NCBI GenBank assembly: GCA_907165135.1
Contig: OU015568.1
Span: 16,255,208-16,319,207, forward strand
Source: Oikopleura dioica
Taxonomy: Eukaryota > Animalia > Chordata
DNA length: 64,000 nucleotides
Reading direction: 5' to 3'
A program made the position numbers and the translations under genes. Below the pieces are notes generated by a model, which was given only the letters and a program-made list of their open reading frames with translations, was not told where the DNA came from and searched no databases. Shown here piece by piece: positions 1-16,100 of the stretch. Each line of letters starts with the position of its first letter. The first letter of the stretch is position 1.

Positions 1-395
1 ACTTGCTCTTCGATAACATGCTAGATCTAACAAGTGGTGCCTTATTATAATCTTGCTATTTGAAATCGAATAAAATGACGTTTCATTTTCTCCGCTGAAC
101 TCAGTAACCTGTGCATAAAACTTGAGTTATCCTTGAGTTGAGAGCTGCAGAGCGGCTTTTTGAATAAAGAAGCCGCAGTGCGGCTTCGAAAAGAGTACCA
201 TAAATAATCTTTATCAAACTCTAGCAAAGCCTACCTTCTTTTATAAGCCACATATTTCAAAGCCACATATTTCATTTTGATATTTCATCAATTGTCAAAC
301 TTTCATGTCATAAGTTTCTAGTAGAAATTAGAATATTAGTTCCGGACGGTGTAGTGGGTAAACCCTCGACGGCCAAGGACTTTTACCGTTGAGAC

Positions 396-784
396 CAGAG
401 TTGGTAAAAAAGTATACTTCACTCGCCCTTCAGAATGAAGTATACTTCATGAAGTATACTTCAGGGCGTTGCAGGGCGTTGAAGGGCGTGAAGTGTACTT
501 CCGCCCTTCCCTCTACTTCAACCGCCCTTCCGCCCTTCACTCTACTTCAACTTGATTCTGTCGGCCATCAGAATCCATCCGCCAGAATTTTTTCAAATTT
601 TGCGCTTATTGGCTCTCAGGCCCCATGATTTAAATCACGCTAATTGTGGCAGATGAACCGATAGCTGAAGTATACTTCAGGGCTTTGAAGGGCGCGTGAA
701 GTACACTTCACCGCCCTTCAAGAATGAAGGGCGCCCTGCAGATTTTTGAAGGGCGAGGGGAAGTATACTTTTTTACCAACTCTG
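396..784. mobile_element. hAT-type MITE
   Basis: TIR CAGAGTTGGTAAAAAAGTATACTTC at both ends; perfect 8-bp TSD GTTGAGAC (388-395, 785-792); internal GAAGGGCG and GAAGTATACTTC repeats. Confidence 0.9.
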
Positions 785-1189
785 GTTGAGACAACAAGCA
801 TTAGAGGAATTATGCGATTATCTTGATCTTGATACTCACTTGAACTTCACTTCTACCCGGAAAGAATTTTAGCTTTATCGAGAAGATAAGAGAAGTAACA
901 AGTGCGGATGATTAAATATAATTCAGATAAAAACCAGCTGAAAAACTACAAAGGCTTAGTCCTTAGGTGGGGGGTCCCGGAGGGGCGTAGGCCCCTGGGT
1001 TAGGTTTAGGGTTAGGAGCAGCGCGAATGATAACCCCCTACTACCTCAGGGTCAGACAAAGCTTGAAAGGTCGAGTTCAATAAAAATTTCTATTCAGCTT
1101 ATTCTTCAATGACCAGATTAATTACTGTTCAGAATTCTCGAACTAGAATATTCGAATTCTTCGACGAGCTTATTATTTTGATGTGAGGT

Positions 1190-2253
1190 TCTTTACAAAA
1201 TATGAAAATTACACCTTTTTGCGCGGCTCCACCCACGAAGGTTAACCACATTAGCTCGTTTTTAGAACATTATGCTTCCTCTCCCCAAAAAGCTTAGCTA
1301 CGAAATTTACTTACAAAAGAACAAGCCAAGACAACCCGTGATGATCCAGAAGTTTCGCCGCTTGTAGAAAGGGTATTTGCGGCTTGCTATTTCGCGGTTG
1401 ATTTGATCGTCGAAAATTTTCTGAAATTCAGGCGACTTTTGGCGAGGTTAACAGACTTAATCTCTTGTAAAGGCAGAATTTTTAACTTTGGAATTTGAAA
1501 TTTTTAAAGGCAACTCCAATTTCGCCTAAATCTGTAACCGTCCCGTAGAAACGTTGAAGATATCCAGGTACCACTGAGGAATGATTGGATCCGTGACATT
1601 TCCAACCTCTTGCTTCATTTTATTGTACTGAATCTCAGTCGGCAAGCAGTACTTGTAATTCCTCGGCCTGTTGTACTTGGGGTCGGAGTTGTACTCCCTT
1701 TTGGGAGGGAAGAGCGTGTCTGTTATATTTTTCGGAATTGCAGTTAATTCCGCGTTGTTTTCGCAGCGATCTGAGCTCCAAGATCCGTGGCTTTCGAATT
1801 CCAAACTCGGTAAAATGTACTTTGAAAAGCGACTTCTCCATGAATCCTTTGTCCGGCCATTTCCTTCATTGCCTTGTCCTGGCTTAATTTAGGGTGGGAA
1901 CAGATCTCAAATTTCCATGATAAATCTTTCAGGGGTCCCTGAATCAGGTTTTCGACAGGGGATACTGAACCTAGATTCAGTAACTAGAACGGCAGCATTC
2001 CCAGTTTTTGCCCACCCGAGCCTGTATTTGGTGCCCCTCCCAGTAAGTCAAGTAGCCGACTGTAACTTGACAGTGACGACCATTAACCAAGTCCAGAGCA
2101 GTAAGACCTTCAACGATGGAGCCGTCTTTTTCTACGAAATCATGTCCCATACTGATAATGCTTCTTTCGTCGGTGCACTTTGACATGGCATCCTTGCCCG
2201 AATCGTCGCAGGGGACGATGTCGCCATTTCTGCCGGTGCAAGTTTCCGTGTGG
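1190..2253 (-). CDS. Spliced gene of unknown function, Cys-containing, with a possible C-terminal membrane segment (partial model)
   Basis: Acceptor tttcag at 2254, open exons (HTETCTGRNG..., ...WYLDIFNV), hydrophobic NFWIITGCLGLFF followed by a GTAAGT donor. Confidence 0.3.
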
Positions 2254-4569
2254 CTGAAATTTTTATTGAATTTCTTTTGAGATAAGAAATTGAAGCTTCT
2301 AAATAATTCAGAAAAATAATGAGAGCGGACGGTTATTTGAACTGATTTTCGATTTGGTAATGGGCGATTAAAATTTACGCGTAAATGGGCTGGAAACACT
2401 TAAATTCGCGGGTGCTCGATATCAAGTGCGCTTGAATCGACACCTGTCAGAATTGGTGAAACGATAGGAACGCGCTCTCTCGCCTCGGGCCAAGCCGCCC
2501 GTGGGAAAAAAGGAGGAACATGCTCGTTCTCAAATTTATTATTTATTCGAACTTCTGTTCAGGCCTCTTAGGATCAGCCCTAAATTTGAGTGTACGCTTA
2601 TTATTTATTATACGTTCAAGCCGAATTGGATTTTTCGATACTTACTAGCATGGGCAGTAAACGAGCGGGGGGCTATCATTCGGAAACGGGGCTTCAGTCG
2701 TTGTGGTTGTCTGACTAGAAACTGAAGCTGCTAGAAGAAGGTGGACGGAACATTTTGTCATCGCCGATTTTAGCTCATTTCATCCGACTTAAAATGATCG
2801 ATTATTACCAAGAATATTTTCAGCCAGTCAAACGCATCTATTTTGTCTACGAGCCAATGAACGAACGAGAAGACGGAAACTTCGTCAAATTTTAGCCAAT
2901 AAGAGAGGAAGAAATTTGCGTAGGCGGGTTTTCGATCGCTGATTGGTCGAAAAAAAATCGAAATCTAACAAAATCATACCTGTATAAGATGCTTTAACCA
3001 TTCGCTGCGTTAGCAAACGAACCCAATTTCAATAATTATCAAGTCTAAAAAAGCGTTTATCAGTTTCGGTCTTCCTTTTCCTATTTTCTGTTTTATCCGA
3101 AAACAAAAGCAGAAATTGATCACGATTTCCACAGTCACTTTTTGACCACTTTTACTCTCTTTTCTTCGGGTTCAGAATCCTATGTTAAAAAATAAAAAAG
3201 CAAAAATTAAGTTAATATTTATTAAAAAACTGGGTCAATACTATTGACCGAGTCCTTGTTTACTCAATTAGCAATTCGCCTTTTGCATTAAACTTTTAAA
3301 AACCTTGTACCAATCAATTCTCTCAAAAATGTCAAGTTCTCAAAAAATACAAGTTCTTTGGCTTCCCTAAAACGGCCTTGTTTCCTTATCTTTCTTTTGC
3401 GAGCGCTTGGTTCGCGCAATGTTGAGAATTCATGAAGCAAAGGAGTTTTTTTGAATGGCAGAGGGATAGACTGACATATAAAAAAGACTCATTTTCCGTT
3501 GTCTGCCATTTTAACACCCATCGACACGTGTCAATTTTGGGAATTTCTGTTATGAAGAGGCTAAATCTGGCTGATCAACCTGTGCAGAAAACCTGAGTCA
3601 GGGTCTGAGAAATAATTTTATGCTAGAATTTTCTTATAATTTTTAACTTTATAATCGGTTTTTTTCTATCTTCATTTTGTAACTCAAGGATCAAAGGGCG
3701 AGAAACTTTAGTTATTATAATTTATAATCCCTCTTTCGAGCTCTTAGTCTGTTTTGTATAAAGAAAAGTTTGTAAGTTGACACTCGTGAGGTTTGGCGCC
3801 TTTCCACAAAAGTTTATTTTTAATAAAACATCGGCCCGTTATGAAAGAATTTTTTTAGGAAGCTGATTTCAAAAAAAACTTCACTGCAATTTTCGATTGT
3901 TTATAAAAAAATAAAAGCTATATTTTAACTTTGAGCGAATTTTGAAGCTGTATTTTTGAGAAACTAAATTAAAAAAACCGACATAAAGTTACTAATCGGC
4001 CACAAAAAAAATCGGTATTATTTTTGTAAAAACATGCCTTTTTGTGGTTTTAAGAAATTGATGGGTGGGCATTTATTTTGACCTGTAATAGCTAGTAGCT
4101 ACAGACCGGTCCAGTAGTTGACTGGGAGACATTCTTTCAGAGAGTACAGTAAAAATTCCCTGAAGTATTTTTTGAGGGTGCTAGCGTAAGTAGGAACTCC
4201 AACAAAAATTTAAAAAGTCGCGGAGCTAACCAGCGTAGATTTATGCGCGAAAATATATTTTATTCTAATTAAAAAAGCAATTAAAAAGAAAAATCGATCT
4301 ATAATTCAAAAAATATTCAAAATAAATCAAAATTTATCATAAAAATCATTTTTTGCAACAAAATAAATAAAAATATCTTAGCTTTAATTTCAAATAAAGA
4401 AAAATTATTTCTTAATTTATAAATTATAAAAATTTATAAAGCAATTTGACTTGATTCATCAGCTTACGTCATCTTTTCCGGGCTTTTATAAACCAAAAAA
4501 ATAACAAATAAGAAATGTCCCTTTCGAATAAAGCTAGAAAAATAAAAAATTATATTAAAATTGAAATTT

Positions 4570-7500
4570 CTAAAACTCGACCTTTTTTCTGAACCCTCTC
4601 CTTTTCTCTTCTTCCTTCTCTTCTAGCTTCGATCTTTGGTGATATCTCTCGATTAAGAGTCTCTCTCGGTTAAGCTTGTTTCTGTTTTTCTTTGGTCTGT
4701 CACCGGTCCAAATTCCTTTCGCCAGGAGTTCTTGCTTCGAGTGGTGCTGTTGTGCGCCGTGTTCTAATTGAATCGCGCACAGCGCACGCAGCGGCGCTAG
4801 CAACAACCTTACTCACAATTTCAAAAATAAAATGAAATATAAATATATCTAAATCGCCATGTGCCCAAGCGGATCAAAAGGGATAAGGATTGAACTATTT
4901 ATGCAAATAACATCCTGAAAGATAAACTAAGGAAGTTGAAAAATGCTGAATAATTAATCTTGATAAAAATGACATCATAATTTTATTGCCTAAAAATATT
5001 AATGGTTATATTAACCCGCTTGCGTAAGGAAAAATGTTGACCTTGCATGAAGCTTTACCTTATTATTGGCCTTAAAATTAATTTTATTCTTCTTTTAATT
5101 TTTAATAATACATTAAATTTTTGAATAATAAAATTAATTTTTAGGGCCAATTTAAAGTTGAAAGGTTCATACAGTTTCTCATCTTCCCCTGCGCAAGCAG
5201 GTTAATATAATCATCAATAATTTTAGACAGTAAAATAATGATGTCATTTTTATCAAGATATAATTATTCTGCATTTTTCAACTTCCTTAATTTATCTTTC
5301 ACTATGTTATTCCATAAATAGTACGATTTACCCTGCGCTCCGCAGACTGTAGAAAACCTTAGTCAGGGTCTGACAAATCATTAATTTTTAAGCATTTGAA
5401 GCCGCTCCAGACCCTGACACAGATTTTTTACGCAGGTTTAATCAGTTCAACCTAGGCGCGATAACATTCAAGTTTCTTCTTGTTGTTTGTTGTTTATTCT
5501 CTTGTTTTTTAACATTTAATCTGTTTGTCGAACAACTTGTTTTGTTGGACAAGCTGTTTGGGGGCTCGAATCTAGCAACGAATTCTGTTTCGAGTTGGTT
5601 CCCAAAAGTTCTTCTTACCTGTGAGCGTATCGTATAATGATGGATTACACTATTTTATTACTTATTCATTCGTAAGAATTTTTTTCACTTGATCGAATTT
5701 TTTATGTTACATTCATAAACTATGTTGAACACGACGGGCTACGGTAAATTGAAAAAATGGCTTTTGTCAATTAGAAACATGGTCAATGTTTTTAAGAATT
5801 TTCGAATTCTGAGACAAGATCACTCAAATTCTTTCGGTTTTTCTCGAAAATAATTGTTACAGGGGAACTACTAGCAGACCGTAGAATTGAATAATTATTT
5901 CGAAATATAAAATAATTATCGATTTTAAATAAAAGACCATTGGAATTTTGGGGGCTTAGAAAGTTTTCCCCTGAGCTAGGGAATAAGTGAAGTAAGGACC
6001 TGCCATTTTTATCACGTTTGATTCTGTTGAAAGGATATTTCTTCGATTGTTAAACGCTAGATTTTCTTTTGAAAGTAGGGGTACATAATTTTATGGTCGG
6101 AAGAGTAGCGCTCTTTCAAATAAAATGAGGTTGTCGCTATTGGGAAGGCAAGACCTGGGCTTGGCCACCTGTGGAAAAAACCTGAGTCAGGGGTCGAAAG
6201 AAGAACCCTGATCAGGTTTTTTCCACAGGTTGCCGAGCCCACGTCCTTCCTTCCCTAGTGACAACCTTATTTATATCTCACCTGACCATAAAATCATGGT
6301 CCCCTACTTTCAGAAGAAAATCTAGCGTTTAACAATCAAAGAAGCATCCTTTCAACATAATCAAAACGTGATAAAAACTGGCCGCAGCTGACTTTTTTCC
6401 GATTCAAGGGCGAAATATCAACGCTGGGTTTTTGACTAAGTGCCCGTAAGTTTTATCTTGGAATGCTCAAGTTAGCGATAAGACTATTATTTTGAACAAG
6501 TTTTTCCTCTGATTCGGCGAGGGCGGCGGCGATTGCTTCCAGCGTAGAGACGAAGCCTTCCTCGGGCTGGGTGCGGATGATGTATTGGTTTTTGAATTGC
6601 TTCTTTGAAAGGTCGATCCGGCACTTTGGCAGATCGGACAAACCAGTCGATGTGAAGAGCATGTTCCTGAATTTTAATTGTCAGAGTTCAAATGTCAAAT
6701 CTTCCGATTTATTAGGCGATTGGCGATCGATCATCAATAGCCCTATCATTTGAACAGGGTACTAAAATAGAGGGTGGTCTTAACTAGCCCCTTCTTGAGG
6801 GCTTGACTCAGGAACCTGTATAGAGAACCTGAGTCAGGGTCTAAGAAATCTTGAATGAAAAACTGCGAAGCGGCCTCCGATTGGATGAAAGCACCCCAAA
6901 AAAAAAGAACAGAGCAAATGCTGTTACTGTACTGTTAGCGTTGGTAAAGTTGGCCAAGTTATTCTTGTATATATCTTGTTTTAATCCATCGCCGGTCACA
7001 CCGACCGGTTTAGAAATCAAAACAAAGCTTGTTTACCTCGCTTGTCTCCATGTGCCGTCGATTGCGATAAGCGCTGCATTGTCCGGTAAATTTTCACAAG
7101 AAATGGCATCCTCCGAAGGGAATAGAAGAAACGGCTGCTTATCTTAATTAAAAATGTTGATAACAGAATTCCGGTGCAGGGATTAATTGTTCGCATCCAA
7201 GGATTAAAAATCGAAAGTCGAAAGATGACAATTTTCTAAAAAATAGAAACGGTTTTTTTTTCAATTCAAGATTTGAAAATGAAAAATTTCGGTTCAGAAA
7301 AACCATGGCGAGCAAAAAGGTGACCCTCCCTTGGCAGGCTTAGGTTCAAATGGATTAGTTAGAGCTGACGAAAATTGAAAAATACTGCCAAATAACGGAT
7401 AACTACTGTATATCTTCTTTCTGTTCGTTTATCTTTCAAAACCAAGGCCTAACCGACATGTAAAAACTACTTGACCATGAGTGAGGGAGAGTGCTTGATA

Positions 7501-10461
7501 AGTTTGCTTGTGGTACAAATATTATTTCATCCCTTTTTTCTTGTTTTTGCAGATTTCTGAAAGTCTCATGTCTTACCTTTAAATAATTCCTTGAGATCGG
7601 GACGGTCAAGATTATAAACCCGGCGGCAACGAATAACATGGCTTTTTGGATTCAAAAGACCATATTTTTGCGTATTTTCAACTTCTTCCGGACTAGACTT
7701 GGCGACCTGCGCAGAAAACCTGACAAAGGGTTCTGAAGCGCGGCTTTTCATTAAAGCTCCTTCAGAGCCCTAAGTCAGGTTTTGCACACAGGTTGCATAG
7801 CTCCCTGAACTTTGACTATAAATAAGATAGGGCTACCGTGGGCGAGAGATATCACGACGGAGTCAGAAGGCCCGGGCCGGGAGTTTGAATATTTCGCGCA
7901 CATTCAAGTATTTTCCCATGCCTGATGGAGGACTTTTATCTGGTGGAAGACCCAATTGATGGAAGATAGGTCTAACCTAGACTCTATAAGATGAATTAGA
8001 TTTTTACTTATAAATAGATAATAATTTAAAAATCTTGATCATGTGACTCTTGGATGACCCCTGGAGGACTTTTTCTGGTGGAAGACCGGCCTTCCTGGAA
8101 GACCCTTAAGATTCAGCCACCTTCCATGATTTTTAAATTTAAGGGGCTTGTCGGGCCGTCTCAGCCCCGTCTCTGGCAAATTTAAATTAAGGGGCTTGAC
8201 GGCCCTTCGGGCCGTCTCAGCCCCGTCTCTGGCAAATTTAAATTAAGGGGCTTGACGGCCCTTCGGGCCGTCTCAGCCCCGTCTCTGGCAAATTTAAATT
8301 AAGGGCTTGACGGCCCTTCGGGCCGTCTCAGCCCCGTCTCTGGCAAATTTAAATTAGGGGCTTGACGGCCCTTCGGGCCGTCTCAGCCCCGTCTCTGGCA
8401 AATTTAAATTAAGGGGCTTGACGGCCCTTCGGGCCGTCTCAGACCGTCTCTGGCAAATTTAAATTAAGGGGCTTGACGGCCCTTCGGGCCGTCTCAGCCC
8501 CGTCTCTGGCAAATTTAAATTAAGGGGCTTGACGGCCCTTCGGGCCGTCTCAGCCCCGTCTCTGGCAAATTTAAATTAAGGGCTTGACGGCCCTTCGGGC
8601 CGTCTCAGCCCCGTCTCTGGCAAATTTAAATTAGGGCTTGACGGCCCTTCGGGCCGTCTCAGCCCCGTCTCTGGCAAATTTAAATTAAGGGGCTTGACAA
8701 TGGCTGGGAACTCCGAGGTGATCAATCTCAGTCCTCAACCCCGCCCACACCCATCGTTTTTAAAATTCAAATTGACAAAGTTTTCAATTATGTTATGGTT
8801 TTGAATATATTTTTTCAATTTAAAGATTTCTTTTATTATTATTTACAAATAATTATTATTAAGTTTATTCATTATTACTAAATGAAAGTCAAAGTTATAA
8901 GAATTGAAGGAGGAAGAAGTTTCTTTGGTCAATTATTGAGAAAGGTGAATTGTGAAAAATGTTTCTAGACGGGGGGTTGTTGTTGTTCTTCGCGGAGGAC
9001 CCACTCCCACGTGGCGCAAGATGCGCGCCAAAAAGAGCAAAAAGATTGGGACGAGAAAAACACGCGCAAATGCCCCAATCTATTTCGCCCTCCGTCGTGA
9101 AATCTCTCGCCCACGGTATAAATAAGAAGGGCTTATCTATCCAGCAGATAGAGGACCAAATGCAGAGAGAAGTGGCTAGTTAAAATTTTTGCTGATTAAA
9201 AATTCAGAATCCGATTCCAATCGTGGAGCGCTGCTTCGAGCAAGGGCATCGTCCTCAATGGTCGTTTTATCTCGTTCGGGTGCTCTTTCAGGGCTGAGTG
9301 CTTGTTTTCTCGCTGATCGAATGTAAAATCTGAACCACTAGAGCGTGGCAAGTAACGAGGGCCTGATTTATTTTCTGTAAGTACTTTGGCAATGGCCTTG
9401 TTGACAATGACTTGATGAGAGATGAGGAACCAGAATAATTAATAAGATAATATCGAAAGCGATAAAATATATATACACTTAATAATATAAGCAATTAAAT
9501 AACCAATCAAACATGCTTGCTTACTGACTAGGTGTTTACGCAAATTTTATATTTTATATACGGTATATTATATATACGGTATATATCGTATATAATATAC
9601 CTCATTTGTAAATGACTACTTTGTCCGCCTACGTATTTACGGTATATATCATACATGCCGTAAATAAAATACGTAGGCGGACAAAGATGTCATTTAGAAA
9701 TGAGTATCGCAGTATAATATGCTTTGATTCTAGCGCGACCAAGATCGCTTTCTGAAAATTGTGACTAATCCTTTGTTTATTTCCAATCAGAAGGTAGCTT
9801 ATTGTAATTTTGAGGTGCCAGATCGCAGCCTTCTGATTAGACATAAACAAAAGATAATTCACATTTTTCAGAAGTAGATTGAGTTCGTGCGAGAATAAAG
9901 AAATAAAACATGTCATATGTGTTTTTATTTCGACGTTTCCATGAATAACAAGTGTTTTTCCTTGAATATGACTGTAACTCAACTAATGACCATCTGTGAT
10001 GATACAAATACATCATTTATCATCGTCAATTTTTACTTATGGAAATAAATAGACCTTGCAGGTCCACAATAAAAAAAATATGCCAAAAACAGAACTTAGC
10101 AGGAATAGATGAAGCTCCACATTGAATACCTCCTGTTTTTTAGCGACAAGCAAATTGAAAACTGTGTATGTAGGGCTCCGCCCTAGAAAGGATAAAGGAG
10201 AGAAAATCCTGCTTCTTTTCATCAAAAAAGAAACCCGAAAAGAAAAGTTCAAAAAACTTCATACAAAATCGGCAACCCTTTCTGAATAACGACAACTCGC
10301 GCTTTCGTGTTGATCTTTGGCGAGGCAATATGCGCACAGAGACAGACAGATGTCGGCCGAAGGCATTTGACGCAGCTTTTGCGGCAAAATTCGCCAGGTC
10401 GATCGCTCAGAATTTCCTCTTCTTCGAATAAATCATCGCCAAAATCTACATCTCCGATCAT
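4570..10461 (-). CDS. DTWD2: DTW-domain protein (tRNA aminocarboxypropyltransferase, DTWD2-like), 7 exons
   Basis: CVKCLRPTSVCLC, HPNEIKRPLRTMPLL, LLFP, IDGTWRQA, YIIRTQP..STLEA and APLRALCAIQLEHGA in the expected order. Confidence 0.88.
4895..5325. mobile_element. Degenerate foldback element in a DTWD2 intron
   Basis: Imperfect inverted arms of ~150 bp or more (AAGGAAGTTGAAAAATGC / GCATTTTTCAACTTCCTT). Confidence 0.65.
6002..6382. mobile_element. Foldback element with a nested CCTGAGTCAGG-family MITE (~6156-6241)
   Basis: Outer inverted arms (AAACGCTAGATTTTCT / AGAAAATCTAGCGTTT); inner TIR GGGCTTGGCCACCTGTGG / CCACAGGTTGCCGAGCCC. Confidence 0.7.
7834..9118. mobile_element. Non-autonomous TIR element carrying a satellite array
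   Basis: 29-bp TIR TACCGTGGGCGAGAGAT(A/T)TCACGACGGAG; TAAATAAGA direct repeat near both ends. Confidence 0.8.
8141..8698 (+). repeat. Tandem array, about 10 x 56 bp, hairpin-containing
   Basis: Unit AAGGGGCTTGACGGCCCTTCGGGCCGTCTCAGCCCCGTCTCTGGCAAATTTAAATT. Confidence 0.97.
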
Positions 10462-10773
10462 CTTCTTACGATTCACGATTTCGATCGACTTTTCACACTT
10501 TTTAGAGAATTTATTTCTGGATTTTTTTTTTATTTTTTCAGTGAACATTTTTTTTATTTGTATCTGTGAAGTTCAGAAGGTGATTTTTTTCAGGAACACG
10601 CTGGAGAAAATAAAAATCCTAACAGGAAAAAGGCGGAACAGAAGATAAATGGTCGCCTTTTTCTTTGGTTGATAAATGGCAGTTTTCAAAATAAAAGCTG
10701 TGTTTTTATTCTAGCGCGAGCCAGATCGACTTCTGAAAAATATAAATTATTAAAAAAAGAGTGAAACTGGGGC

Positions 10774-12304
<1,531 letters not shown>

Positions 12305-13117
12305 TCTAAAATAATTTTAAAAGGTTTCAAGCTTCGAATTAAATATTTAATATCATTACGAAGCCATTTAAAATTAAATTGCACAGGGAGGGGTTAATTC
12401 GTTGCTTTGCACATTGAGAATAAATAATTCTGCATAAATATGAATAATAAGCACGTGGTTAATAGAAGGGTTAAATGTGTTTTTGAACGATCACGTGATT
12501 ATGAAATAATGGTAGAGGCCAGTTGAAATACAAAGGAAAGCGTTTCGTTGTGAAATTTGAACTTTTGAAGGGTCGCCCCAGTTCAGTAAAGGAGGTAGTT
12601 TACAATAAAGTAAAGGAGTTGAATAATCATTTTTTATCTGAAAACCGCGATTTTTTATTTATCTCGAAACTTTTGAATTTTTTAAAGAAGTGTTATGTAA
12701 CGATGGAAGACATTTTCTCTGTATTATGTTATGGCGAAAAATTGATAAAAAACGAAGTAGATGAGCTTTTAAGGGCATCGGCGCAATCGCGGTCATTTAT
12801 CGCCGACCGCCTCGCTCTTTTTTTCATCCAATATAACTTGTTTTATCGCGAAGTTCGACTGTTCTTGAAGAAAGGTTGATTGGGTAGTAGTACAAGTTGA
12901 TTTTCGCGTAAAATAATTAATAAATACATGAATCATCAGTTATCAAAAATGCTGGTATGGACATATCCATGGCGTGCTAAATAGAAAAGAAATCTTTTAA
13001 TTACGGTCGAGTGGGTCGTAATGGGTGTGTTAGACTGAAGCTTGAGTGCGTTGTTATGGTTCTTCGTTTTTCGTTTTTGAGTTTGAAGTGAGGCTTGAGC
13101 GTTGATATTGTGCAATT

Positions 13118-16100
13118 CTAGAGAATTGGTTCGGAGATGTAGAATCCGATTTTTACCCTCCTTCTTGCGTCCTTGATCTTTTACAGGCTTTTTATTTGCT
13201 AGCTTGACGATGTTTTAGGCTATCTAAGAGCATTTAGGGGCATTAAGGGACATTTGGAGACATTTAGGGACATTTGGACACATTAAGATACATCTAGAGG
13301 CATCTAGAGACGTCAAGAACAATCTTGAGATCTCTAGAGCTGTCTCGAATTATCTAGAGAAACATGAAGACATTAAGGGACGTCTAGAGACATCTAGAGA
13401 CATCAGGAAGTATGATAAATTGTCTCTAGATAACCAACATCAGTGAAAAAATAAGCCGTTCCTTTAGAGTTGAGTGATCAGGAGCAGAGACGGAGGATAA
13501 ACTTAGAGCGTTGGTGGAGAACTGGGCGGCAAATGCAGTCGGATTTCTAAGATTCATTTACAGTTACTGTTTGAAAGAAAGTTGAATTGACTCACGGGCA
13601 TTTGGACAAATACGCAGTGAAACTTTGTTCGACGCCGCTCTCCAAATTCTGCAGCAGAAAGGTTGAGAAGCCATTTTCCACCTGATGATTTGTTTCACTT
13701 TCGCACTCGTCAAACGTCGAGCTCTTGATTTACAGTTAGATTACAGGCAGAAATCTTAAAGATATTCACCTTGAGCAGGAGTTTCACTTGACCAATATTC
13801 GTCGTTGGTTTGGCAACTACTTTGACTTTGAAATCGTCTTGTTCTTTTTTCCAGTAACTGGCGAGCAGGAGTGGCAAGTTCGCGGTAGTGCTACATAAGA
13901 AGTGATATTATTCTGTCGTAGAAGTGACGACTCTGCGTATTTATCGCGGTCATCAAAGCCATTTTAAAAGCCTTGGCGAATGTGTCAAAGGCACGAGATA
14001 AGCTGCACTGTATGTCGTGCTTATCGTCATTCCTTGTTCAGGAAAAAACTTGACTCACTAAATACAGGGAAGAGTTGGCATCTTACCATTTGACCCTGTA
14101 CGTGGCCACCTTCATCATGTGATGGCTCTGACTTGGCCTGTCCCGCGCCATCTTCTCCAGGAAACTCATCAAGCAATCGTAATCCAAGCTGATGGTGTTT
14201 CCTTCGCCGCGGCCGAAAGCAGGGTTCACTTTCACCTGCGCTACTTCGCCTTCCAATTTCAAGTCAAAATTAGCCGACTTATTCAAGTTCTTCAACGCGC
14301 TTGCTGGGAAGTCTTAAAAGAGGAGGTCAAAAAGGAGATGAGAAAAGGGATTTACCGAGGTATAAATCGGCGTTGCTCAGGACTTGGGTATTTTTGTCGC
14401 CGACAGCGAGAAATTTGGCATTGACTGTTTCGGTAATTGCTGTTCGGATGGAGATTTCTCCGTTGGCGTTGACTGGCGATGTGGGGGTCACTAAAAGAAA
14501 TAAGTGGACATTTTCGGTTTTTCGAAGACTTCTAGGGATATCAAACGACATCCAGAGTACACTAGATATTCAGAGATATCTAGAGCGATTTCCTGAAGTC
14601 AGGAAATTTGAGAGTTCTCAAATCTATCTTATCTTATACTTACTGACTGGGCTCAAGCTTTCGATCGACGCGATAGGAGCATCGTAAGGCATCCCTTGAG
14701 GCTGTGTCCAAGTAATATTCTCATTCGATAAGGATCCGCCAGTCTTGACCGGTGTCAACGGACGCGCCCGCAGCGCCGGTTGATTCAAGAGGGGCGATTT
14801 CGGCTTTGGCGACTCGCGCGTCTTTTCCGGATTCGACTCATTCAGCAAAATGCTAGCGCATTTTTCGTGCAAGTGCAAAGTCTCGTCCGATTTTTCTTCC
14901 TTGGCTGGCGAAAGCGGCGGGATTGGTTTTTCAGGAACCTGAATGATCCAGAATGAAGATAAGAAGGGAAAGGTGGTCATACTTTTGGCAATAAAGGAGG
15001 TATGGTAAGAGGACTTGTTGAAGCTGGAGGAACGTTTCTAGGACTGCGACCGGGTCTTGGAGCTTTTCGGACTGGAGCGGCCATCAAAGGAGCATCTAGT
15101 TTGACAACGGATTGGGTGCTTTCTTTGTTTGCCTTTTCTTTTTTTATCTCTTCGAGGCTTTTGATTTGAACCTAAAAACGAGGTAGATATGTATGTTGAT
15201 GTCTTCAGTGTCCGACAGTCTCAATCATTGAAAGTAGATGCCCTTTGACATCACGAGAAGACATCTAATCACATTTGCGCGTACCTTGATCTTATACGTA
15301 TCAAGTTTTCCATCTTCTTCAAAGTCCCAGCCAGAACTGTCACTAGAAGTCGACGATTTCCTGCTCCTATCCGAAACCTCTGGCTTTCGTATCGTAAAAC
15401 CTTCTTCATCCACTTCTGCAGAAGATTTACTTTCAACCCTTTTTGGCTTTGGCGGGATTTTACTGCTGCTCATTTTCTTGACAGGTTTTTTCTCTGGACT
15501 CTTTTCAGAATCGTCGCCATCGGAATCGCTAAAAATGAAAACTGCCGGCGAGATCTAGAGATTGCGCGTTACCTTTCGTTTTCGGTGGACTTTATGACTT
15601 GGCTGCCAGAGTCGGATTTATTCGCCGTCGAAGGTCGCAGGAAATTGGGCATTATGGGCTTTACATTGAGGGACTCCTGACGCTGCACTGGTTCTTTGCA
15701 GAAAGTCGAAATCGCGGTACTTGAGCATTTGTTTATCGCTCTCAAAATGTAGCAATTTCAAACTTAGAAACAGCCGCCTAGAAGCGCTTTAGTTGATCTG
15801 TTTGTTACAAATGCTTGCACCTGAGATTCTAGTACTTTGACTAGAATCTTGTAAAGATTGAACTAAAGCGCTAGAAACACAGGTGCGAGAGCTCTGTTCT
15901 AACTAATTTTAGAAAATGTGTTTCAGAAATCAGAATTTATAGAATTTGTGCATAACTCTGAGTCAGTGTTCTTTCAAACCCTGACTTAGGTTTTCTGCAC
16001 ATGACTCCCAGCTCAAAATCAAGAATCAACATTTATTTTCGACTTTTTCCTGAAGAGGTAGAATTCGCCGAAGAAACCGATCTATTGAAAGAATTCGAGT

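Noticed and set aside
338-387. tRNA-like start (GGTGTAGTGG A-box)
   Set aside because: No cloverleaf or B-box follows
1526-2399. Retrotransposon env-like ORF
   Set aside because: No gag/pol or LTRs nearby; GT-AG boundaries suggest a host gene
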